From an uncultured Gammaproteobacteria bacterium (GTDB taxonomy: Bacteria > Patescibacteriota > Patescibacteriia > UBA2591 > UBA6264): 10,136 bases of DNA. This document shows, piece by piece, positions 4,228-10,136 of this stretch. A program made the translations under genes and the position numbers. Location of the stretch: the NCBI GenBank assembly GCA_964617525.1, contig CAZTWG010000016.1, forward strand, positions 1-10,136, in the 5' to 3' direction. Under the pieces are notes generated by a model. That model searched no databases. It was given only the letters and a program-made list of their open reading frames with translations, and had not been told where the DNA came from. Within the stretch, counting starts at the first letter, position 1. Every line of letters begins with the position of its first letter.

Positions 4228-6957
4228 TTAAATGCTGCTTGCCTTCTCAACCTTAAGGTTGCCACCCTTTTCCAAGGTAACTACATCTCGACGACCTACT
4301 TTTCCAGTCAAAAGAAAATCAGCTAAAAGATTGTTAACCTTATTCTGAATAGTGCGTCGCAACGGCCTAGCGCCAAAAGCAGGGTCAAATCCAGCTTCAG
4401 CTAATTCTCCTATAGCTTCTTCTGTTGCACGGAAAGTAATCCCCTTAGCTTCTAATTGTTTGCTTAATTTATTTAACAACAACTTAGCAATTTTTTGTAT
4501 TTCAACTTTCCCTAAGGTTTTAAAAACAATTAACCCATCAAAACGATTAAGAAATTCAGGGCGAAAATAAGATTTTAATTTTTCCTGCAACAAAACTTCT
4601 TTAATATCCGCTATAGACATATTCTTTTTTAATCCCTCCTGAATAAATTCTGTGCCAGCATTAGATGTCGCAATTAAAATAATATTCGTGAAATCAATAG
4701 TTCTTCCCAAGGCATCAGTGAGACGACCATCTTCCATAACTTGTAAGAAAATATTTAAAATATCTGGGCTAGCCTTCTCTATTTCATCAAGCAACAAAAG
4801 GGAATAAGGGTTACGACGAACGGCCTCGGTTAAATACCCCCCCTTATTCTTACTAGCAACGCCTAACAAACGGTCTAGACTAGAACTATCTTGATATTCA
4901 CTCATATCAATCCTAATCATTTTGTCTTCATCGCCAAAATAAACTTCGGCAACTGTTTTTGCCAGCTCTGTTTTACCAACCCCAGTAGGTCCGAGGAAAA
5001 GCAAGTTGACGATTGGTCTTTTTTTGTTCCTTAATTCTGTTCTAGCTCGACGCAAAGCAGACGAAACTGCTTTTACTGCCTCATTCTGATCAATTAGACG
5101 TTGATGGATTCTGTCCTCCATTCCAATAAGAGTTTTTGATTCTTCTTGCGTAATTTTGGTTAAAGGAACTTTAACTTTTTGAGCAATTAATTCAGCCACA
5201 TCCTCTGATTTAATAAGACTTTTCTTTCCTCGACTCCGTTTGACCATAATTGCCACTTCTTTTAATAAGTTAACTGCCTTATCTGGAAAAAAACGGTCAT
5301 GGACATAACGTTTAGATAAATCAACAATTTGTTCTAAAGCTTTATAAGAAAAATAAACCTGCTCTTTGCCCTCAACAAAAGCTGCGTGTGCTTCTAGGAT
5401 TTGAATATTAACGTTTTTGTCTGGTTCTTCTACATCCACCTTCTGTAAAGTCTCTCCTAGTGCCTGACCCTCAATTAATCTATGATATTCCTTAGGAATA
5501 GAAGTAGCAATAAGTAAAAAGGATTTTGACTTTAGGCTATTAGCTAAAATTTCAGAAATATCTAACTCCCCCTGGGTAGTCTTCATTCCTATCATATTGT
5601 GGATATCTTTAATAAAAAGAACAACATTCCCGGAGACAGAAACTTCGCTAATTATAGACTGCAACCTAGCCTCTATATCTCCTGGCCTTGATGCACCAGC
5701 GATTAGATTAGCTAAGTCCAGACTTACTAACCTTTTATCGTTTAAAATTTCGGGAACGTCTTCTGTGACCATTAAACGAGCAATTCCTCCAACCAAAGTT
5801 GTTTTCCCTACTCCTGGTTGTCCAACCAAAATAATGCTTTGACGCTCTGTGCTAAAAATTCTAAAAATATCTTCCTTCTCTGCTTGCCGATTTACACAAA
5901 ATTGTAAATAATTATTACGAGCTAATTGCGTTAAATCTTGGCTATAAGCATCAAGGTTGGGTGTGGCTATAGCCGTATAAGCCTTGTTAATTGTTCCTTT
6001 AGGTTTAAAACGAGAACGTTGCAAGAAATAACGTTGATGAGACCTAAATTCATTATAAAGGTCTATCCAAAGGCAAACATTTTTTATTTGATGAGCATCA
6101 ACTTCTAAATCGTAAAAAATTTCTCTAACTAGATCGTCGTTGATGACTAAAGATTCTAATATCTCTAAAGGTGATAAATTAAGACGACCCTTCTCTCCCG
6201 CTAAAGTATAGGCAAATAATATTACCTTTTTGCTATCTAATCCGAAAATAGTTTGTGACGTTTTGTTATTCTGAGAGGCATCTAGGGCAATCAATGACCG
6301 TTCTATTTTTTCTTGCAAAATCTTATAATTTAGGCCCAATCGTGCTAAGACCAATTTAATATCTGAATCTTTTAATGATGCTCCCAAAATATGAATTGGC
6401 AATATTTGAGAATCTTTGTGTTTGCGAGCTAAGCTCCATGCTCTTTGGACTAAGGCCAAAGCTGATTTAGACAAAGAAGAATAAACTTCAATTTTATATT
6501 TAGCTGATAAATTCTTTATATCTACGAAATTTAATAATTCTTTTGATTGAATAATTTTAGATTTTGGCCAAATCTTAATTTTTTTCTCTTTCCCTCTTTC
6601 TGCATAATAAACTAAATAACAAATTACTAACACTGCTAACCAAAAAATTAACCATAAATCATCTAAAGGCAAAAATGAAGTTAAAAAGAGAGGGTAGGAC
6701 AATTTAAGTGAATCAGTAACTATTCTCAATAAACATATAATTCCCCACAAGATAAATAAAAAAGAAGCTATTTTAAATATAATTCTTAAAAAAGAACTTA
6801 CCATAGCCTCAATTTTTTCATGTGAATTAAAAAATTTTCCAAAAAATAAAGCATATCCTCCAAAGCAAAGATAAACACCCCTCCCAGAACAATTTGGGCA
6901 TTTTTTTCGGTCCTTAAACCCATGACCCTGACATTTTGGACAAATAACAAACTTCAT
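4228..6957 (-). CDS. Membrane-anchored Clp/Hsp100-family double AAA+ ATPase with N-terminal CxxCxGxG zinc finger (atypical; not assignable to ClpA/B/C/E)
   Basis: 909 aa. N-terminal elements: CPKCQGHG...CPNCSGRG (res 6-27), hydrophobic segments at about res 59-80 and 101-119, and a two-repeat Clp_N-like region (about res 160-300). NBD1 has Walker A GQPGVGKTT (nt 5797-5823) but VLFIKDIH at the Walker B position (nt 5599-5622). NBD2 has GPTGVGKT (nt 4969-4992), LLLLDEIEKA, RPEFLNRFD and GARPLRR. Confidence 0.9.
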   Translation of the reverse strand: MKFVICPKCQGHGFKDRKKCPNCSGRGVYLCFGGYALFFGKFFNSHEKIEAMVSSFLRIIFKIASFLFILWGIICLLRIVTDSLKLSYPLFLTSFLPLDDLWLIFWLAVLVICYLVYYAERGKEKKIKIWPKSKIIQSKELLNFVDIKNLSAKYKIEVYSSLSKSALALVQRAWSLARKHKDSQILPIHILGASLKDSDIKLVLARLGLNYKILQEKIERSLIALDASQNNKTSQTIFGLDSKKVILFAYTLAGEKGRLNLSPLEILESLVINDDLVREIFYDLEVDAHQIKNVCLWIDLYNEFRSHQRYFLQRSRFKPKGTINKAYTAIATPNLDAYSQDLTQLARNNYLQFCVNRQAEKEDIFRIFSTERQSIILVGQPGVGKTTLVGGIARLMVTEDVPEILNDKRLVSLDLANLIAGASRPGDIEARLQSIISEVSVSGNVVLFIKDIHNMIGMKTTQGELDISEILANSLKSKSFLLIATSIPKEYHRLIEGQALGETLQKVDVEEPDKNVNIQILEAHAAFVEGKEQVYFSYKALEQIVDLSKRYVHDRFFPDKAVNLLKEVAIMVKRSRGKKSLIKSEDVAELIAQKVKVPLTKITQEESKTLIGMEDRIHQRLIDQNEAVKAVSSALRRARTELRNKKRPIVNLLFLGPTGVGKTELAKTVAEVYFGDEDKMIRIDMSEYQDSSSLDRLLGVASKNKGGYLTEAVRRNPYSLLLLDEIEKASPDILNIFLQVMEDGRLTDALGRTIDFTNIILIATSNAGTEFIQEGLKKNMSIADIKEVLLQEKLKSYFRPEFLNRFDGLIVFKTLGKVEIQKIAKLLLNKLSKQLEAKGITFRATEEAIGELAEAGFDPAFGARPLRRTIQNKVNNLLADFLLTGKVGRRDVVTLEKGGNLKVEKASSI

Positions 6958-6967
6958 TGTTTTTTAA

Positions 6968-7330
6968 TTAAAATCTTAACTCAACGATTATTCGCCAAAT
7001 TGCTAAAATGGGCAAAATAATCCAAATCAAAAACAAGAAAAATAATCCTAAGAAACTTATCAAAAATAAAATAAGACGCCAAAATAAAAGAACTGTCCTC
7101 ATGAAAAAGCTAATCATTCTGCCCGTTCTAGAATATTCCCCGAACATTGGCTTAAAATAATTAGCAAACATAATTTTCAAGGATAAAGCTTTAGACAATC
7201 TTTTGACTCGTCTCTTAAAAAGCAAAAATCTTTTTTTAAGTCCAATTCCATACCACCAAATAGGAAAATAAAAAACACTCAACAAAGTATCGATAAATAA
7301 CGACTTAATAATGTTGAGTAATATAAACAT
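6968..7330 (-). CDS. Hypothetical small polytopic membrane protein (120 aa, very basic)
   Basis: Hydrophobic N-terminus (FILLNIIKSLFIDTLLSVFYFPIWWYGIG), a basic linker (KKRFLLFKRRVKRLSK) and a long C-terminal hydrophobic stretch (LLFWRLILFLISFLGLFFLFLIWIILPILAIW). It sits 20 nt after yidC and 10 nt before the AAA+ gene. Confidence 0.65.
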   Translation of the reverse strand: MFILLNIIKSLFIDTLLSVFYFPIWWYGIGLKKRFLLFKRRVKRLSKALSLKIMFANYFKPMFGEYSRTGRMISFFMRTVLLFWRLILFLISFLGLFFLFLIWIILPILAIWRIIVELRF

Positions 7331-7350
7331 AAAATTAGATATAGACTAAT

Positions 7351-8064
7351 TTACTTTTTTTTAAATATGATTTTTTGTTCTAGAATCGCGAAAACAATGC
7401 CTGTGAGCCAATAAATCATCAAACCACTAGGAAGAGTGCTTCCAATAACAATAGTCATAATTGGCATCATAAATTTCATTTGCTTATTCATAGCTGTCAT
7501 CATATTTTCATCTTTAGCTTCTTCTTTTTTGCTAACAGATTTAGGTAAATTAGTGCTAGACAACATACTAGTTTGGATATACTGAGCTATCCCAGTTATT
7601 GCCGCTAAAAAAATATTTGGTGTACTCAAGGCTAAAAAACCAAAACCTAGGGTATTAAACGCTCCAGGATTATGTATAAACGAATAAACTGGCAAATTAA
7701 CGTCTGTCAGACCTGTTTTAAAAACTTGAAAAACAGCAATTAAGATAGGAAGTTGGATTAATAGGGGCAAGCAAGAAGAAAAAGGATTTACCTTATTTTC
7801 TTTATACAGATTCATTATAGCTTTTGTCTGTTTTTCTTTATCTTCTGCGTATTTTTTCTTTATCTCATTTAACTTTGGCTCTAATTGCTTTAACTCCTTT
7901 TGTCCCCTTACAGCTTTTGCGGAAAGAGGCAAAAGTAATAATTTAATGCTAAGCGTTAAAAAAATAATTGAAATCCCGAGATCGTGCCCAGGGATTATAT
8001 TGTAGAAAAGAACTAAAAGATTAAAAAATGGCTTATAAAGGATTACTTTAAAAAATTCAATCAT
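7351..8064 (-). CDS. yidC: Membrane protein insertase YidC (short, Gram-positive/Oxa1-like form)
   Basis: 237 aa. Has LSIKLLLLPLSAKAVRGQKELKQLEPKLNEIKKKY...NLYKENKVNPFSSCLPLLIQLPILIAVFQ, the 60-kDa inner-membrane insertase core. Position downstream of rnpA-yidD fits. Confidence 0.92.
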   Translation of the reverse strand: MIEFFKVILYKPFFNLLVLFYNIIPGHDLGISIIFLTLSIKLLLLPLSAKAVRGQKELKQLEPKLNEIKKKYAEDKEKQTKAIMNLYKENKVNPFSSCLPLLIQLPILIAVFQVFKTGLTDVNLPVYSFIHNPGAFNTLGFGFLALSTPNIFLAAITGIAQYIQTSMLSSTNLPKSVSKKEEAKDENMMTAMNKQMKFMMPIMTIVIGSTLPSGLMIYWLTGIVFAILEQKIIFKKK

Positions 8065-8081
8065 AAATAGAAAAAATTAAC

Positions 8082-8132
8082 CTAATTATTCTAATTCCTG
8101 CCGGCCAGCGGACAGGTCTAACTATTCTAATT
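8082..8132. repeat. G+C-rich hairpin bracketed by 15-nt direct repeats
   Basis: CTAATTATTCTAATT (8082-8096) and CTAACTATTCTAATT (8118-8132) match at 14/15. They flank CCTGCCGGCCAGCGGACAGG (8097-8116), which folds as CCTGCC/GG(A)CAGG, 6 bp with one bulge. Confidence 0.8.
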
Positions 8133-8243
8133 ATAGGGTGAGGCCCGCTTAGCAAGACAAAGCGAGCAACAAGATTCCCGGGCGAGGCAGAGTATTGCGA
8201 CAAAATCCCCCAATCAAACAATTGCCAAACCCCAAATACCCAA
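8097..8243 (-). other. G+C-rich island in the yidD-yidC spacer; candidate structured leader/ncRNA (function unknown)
   Basis: By hand count, 8097-8200 is about 55% G+C in a window that is about one-third G+C. 8201-8243 has 17 C and 1 G on the plus strand. A GC-only inverted repeat GCCCG (8143-8147)/CGGGC (8179-8183) and the palindrome CCCGGG are present. The strand is assigned only from the flanking genes. Confidence 0.35.
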
Positions 8244-8498
8244 CTATGGTTTGTCCCAACCCCCGTTAGACCAAGGATTGCACCGGAGAATCCTCCAGAT
8301 AGCCTTTAATGAGCCCTTAGCTATTCCATATTTATTAATAGCTTGATAGGCGTATTCCGAGCAAGTAGGACGAAACTTACAAGTCCCATACGAAGGATAT
8401 ATTGAAGAAAAGGGTCCATGGTCTGGAGAAAGCGTCTTTTGATAAAAACGAATCAATTTCAGAATAAATGACTTAAAAAAAGTCAAAAGATTGTTCAT
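8244..8498 (-). CDS. yidD: Membrane protein insertion efficiency factor YidD
   Basis: 84 aa. IRFYQKTLSP...CKFRPTCSEYAYQAINKYGIAKGSLKAIWRILRCNPWSNGGWDKP is the YidD signature. The start overlaps the rnpA stop (ATGA at 8495-8498). Confidence 0.92.
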   Translation of the reverse strand: MNNLLTFFKSFILKLIRFYQKTLSPDHGPFSSIYPSYGTCKFRPTCSEYAYQAINKYGIAKGSLKAIWRILRCNPWSNGGWDKP

Positions 8499-8845
8499 TT
8501 TTGATGAATTATTAAATTATTTTTATCTAAAATTTTTAAGAAGATTTTTTGGAGCTGAAAATAATTTAATTCCTTAATTTTATCTTTAGTTATAATAATA
8601 ACATCCCATCCTGGAACCAAAGAATCAATATTTTCTCTTAAAATAGCTCTTAGACGCCTTTTTATTTTATTGCGAATGACAGCTTTTTTGTCAACCTTCA
8701 AAGAAACAATTATTCCCCAACGCGAATAAGGTTGATTATTTCTTATCCATTTCAGACTCAACTCAGGACCATAAGACCTCCGCCCATAACGAGCAACTTT
8801 AGCAAAATCTTTATCTTTAACTAAACGATACTTCTTGAGAAGCAT
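8495..8845 (-). CDS. rnpA: Ribonuclease P protein component
   Basis: 116 aa. LKKYRLVKDKDFAKVARYGRR and KAVIRNKIKRRLRAILRE (RNR motif). Starts 10 nt after rpmH. Confidence 0.9.
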   Translation of the reverse strand: MLLKKYRLVKDKDFAKVARYGRRSYGPELSLKWIRNNQPYSRWGIIVSLKVDKKAVIRNKIKRRLRAILRENIDSLVPGWDVIIITKDKIKELNYFQLQKIFLKILDKNNLIIHQK

Positions 8846-8855
8846 AGCTAAAAAA

Positions 8856-8993
8856 TTATACGGTCAACTTCTTACGACCCTTAGCTCTTCGTCTTTTAAT
8901 AATGTTACGCCCAGCAAGGGTTCTCATTCTTCTAAGAAAACCATGTTTACGAGCTCTTTTTCTTTTTTTAGGTTGATAAGTTCTTTTAGGCAT
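8856..8993 (-). CDS. rpmH: 50S ribosomal protein L34 (not in the supplied ORF track; hand-translated)
   Basis: The minus-strand translation is [45 protein letters not shown] (45 aa, ATG at 8993-8991, TAA at 8858-8856). This is the canonical L34 sequence pattern in the canonical position before rnpA. Confidence 0.93.
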   Translation of the reverse strand: MPKRTYQPKKRKRARKHGFLRRMRTLAGRNIIKRRRAKGRKKLTV

Positions 8994-9002
8994 AATGATT
9001 TA

Positions 9003-9031
9003 AGTATATATTAAATTTATTTATTAAACAA
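9003..9031 (-). promoter_or_regulatory. Possible promoter for rpmH-rnpA-yidD
   Basis: Minus strand reads TTGTTT (9031-9026), 17-nt spacer, TATACT (9008-9003). The -10 ends only 9 nt before the rpmH ATG, implying a near-leaderless transcript. Confidence 0.35.
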
Positions 9032-9041
9032 TACCTGACAT

Positions 9042-10136
9042 TTATCTTGCATATTCACTGATCCTATTTTCCCTAATAACCGTTACCTTGATTTCTCCAG
9101 GATACTTTAATTCTTCTTCTACCTGATCAGCTATTTTACGAGCCAATTTACTAGCGCTTAAATCATCTATTTTCGTAGGAGATACAAAAACTCTCAATTC
9201 TCTACCTGCTTGAATAGCATAAACCCTTTCCACCCCTTTAAATTTCTTAGCTATGTCCTCTAATTCCTCTAAACGTTTAATGTATTCTTCATAATTTCCC
9301 TTTCTAGCTCCTGGACGAGCACTAGAAATAGCATCTGCAACCTTAACGATAATAGCTTCTAATGTAGGAGGATGGTCGTCATGATGGGTAGCAATTGGAA
9401 TTATTACCTCTGGCAAAAGGTTATATTTTTCTCCTATGTCTTTCCCAATCTCTGGATGAGTCCCTTGGATTTCAAAATCCATAGCCTTGCCAATATCATG
9501 CAATAACCCAGCTTTACGAGAAATAGCAACATTAGCTCCTAGTTCTTCGGCCAACATAGCTGACAAATTTGCTACTTCAACTGAATGTTGTAGTACATTT
9601 TGCCCATAACTAGTTCTATATTTTAATCGCCCCAATATCTGAACTATTTTAGGTGGTAATCCAGTAACTCCCAGCTGATAGACGGCGTCCTCTCCCGCCT
9701 TTCTAATATCACGCGCTAATTCTTTTTTTGTTTCTTGGACAATTTTTTCTATTCTAGCTGGCTGAATACGACCATCTAATATCAATTTATCTAAAACTAA
9801 TTTAGCTAATTGACGCCTAATAGGATTAAAAGCTGAAACAAATACTATATCTGGGGTATCATCAACAATAATTTCTACGCCAGTAAGTTGTTCAATTACT
9901 TTAATATTACGCCCTTCACGACCAATAATTCGTCCCTTGACCTCATCTGAGGGCAAAGATACCGAAGCTGTAGTAGTTTCTGACGTGTGCGCAGCTGCGC
10001 AACGTTCGATGACACTTGTAATCAAATTTTTAGCTCTTTTATCTATTTCTTCTGAACCGTAATTTTCTAATTTCTTAATTCTTGCCAAAATATCATCTTT
10101 TATTTTCTTTTCTACGTTCTCCAACAAAAGTTCTTT
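9042..10136 (-). CDS. rny: Ribonuclease Y, partial (N-terminal TM/coiled-coil part lies beyond the right edge)
   Basis: KH domain GRIIGREGRNIKVIEQLTGVEIIVDDTP. HD domain LKYRTSYGQNVLQHSVEVANL...AGLLHDIGKA...ATHHDD. C-terminus YPGEIKVTVIRENRISEYAR. The frame stays open to nt 10136, so the TTG at 10127 used by the ORF track is not the real start. Confidence 0.93.
   Translation of the reverse strand, partial: KELLLENVEKKIKDDILARIKKLENYGSEEIDKRAKNLITSVIERCAAAHTSETTTASVSLPSDEVKGRIIGREGRNIKVIEQLTGVEIIVDDTPDIVFVSAFNPIRRQLAKLVLDKLILDGRIQPARIEKIVQETKKELARDIRKAGEDAVYQLGVTGLPPKIVQILGRLKYRTSYGQNVLQHSVEVANLSAMLAEELGANVAISRKAGLLHDIGKAMDFEIQGTHPEIGKDIGEKYNLLPEVIIPIATHHDDHPPTLEAIIVKVADAISSARPGARKGNYEEYIKRLEELEDIAKKFKGVERVYAIQAGRELRVFVSPTKIDDLSASKLARKIADQVEEELKYPGEIKVTVIRENRISEYAR

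Noticed and set aside
4228-6957. Plain annotation of the AAA+ gene as ClpB or ClpC
   Set aside because: It has no coiled-coil M-domain (ClpB/ClpC) and no UVR motif or ClpP-docking tripeptide (ClpC/ClpA/ClpE). It has TM segments and a degenerate NBD1. The family assignment (Hsp100/Clp class I AAA+) is solid, but a specific orthologue name is not supported.
8097-8116. Intrinsic terminator after yidD
   Set aside because: On the minus strand the GC hairpin is followed by AATTAGAATAATTAGGTTAA before the T-run, so the U-tract is about 20 nt away from the stem. It is not a canonical terminator.
8139-8190. tRNA or tRNA fragment in the G+C island (GATTCCCGG resembles a T-arm 3' half)
   Set aside because: There is no TTC in the would-be T-loop and the 5' T-stem is not complementary. 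The candidate acceptor arms (GGCCCGC/GCGAGGC) pair at only 5/7 and are 48 nt apart, too short for a tRNA.
8200-8243. G-quadruplex on the minus strand (GGG, GGGG, GGGGG runs)
   Set aside because: There are only three closely spaced G-runs. The loops to any fourth run are 18-27 nt, outside canonical G4 geometry.
8994-9041. oriC / DnaA boxes next to rpmH
   Set aside because: The spacer is only 48 nt, the neighbouring gene is co-directional rny, and no TTATCCACA-like 9-mers occur here or in the other spacers.

Overview
AT-rich (by eye about two-thirds A+T), tightly packed housekeeping locus. There are 14 protein genes and no rRNA, tRNA, CRISPR array or recognisable mobile-element gene. The composition, RNase Y, a short Gram-positive-type YidC, several lineage-specific small ORFs and the absence of Shine-Dalgarno motifs fit a reduced-genome bacterium such as CPR/Patescibacteria; this is inference, not proof. 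Plus strand: stand-alone 5'-3' exonuclease, holA, ruvA. Minus strand: rpsT preceded by two small unknown ORFs, then a co-directional run rny(partial)-rpmH-rnpA-yidD-yidC-orf120-AAA+-rplU. rpmH (8856..8993) is absent from the supplied ORF track and was found by hand translation. I see no clear novel multi-gene system such as a defence island. The points most worth a second look are: (1) a 909-aa Clp/Hsp100-like double AAA+ protein with an N-terminal DnaJ-type zinc finger and two TM segments. It has no M-domain and no ClpP loop, its first ATPase ring looks inactivated, and it sits directly downstream of yidC and a small polytopic membrane ORF. (2) A ~66-nt intergenic module is tandemly repeated at the left edge, with a fourth dispersed copy at 4111..4180. 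(3) Two G+C-rich islands lie in otherwise AT-rich spacers, yidD/yidC and upstream of rplU. Each has hairpins or direct repeats and a small same-strand open frame, making them candidates for leader or structured RNA. All functional interpretations of (2) and (3) are hypotheses that need genome-wide and covariance checks.
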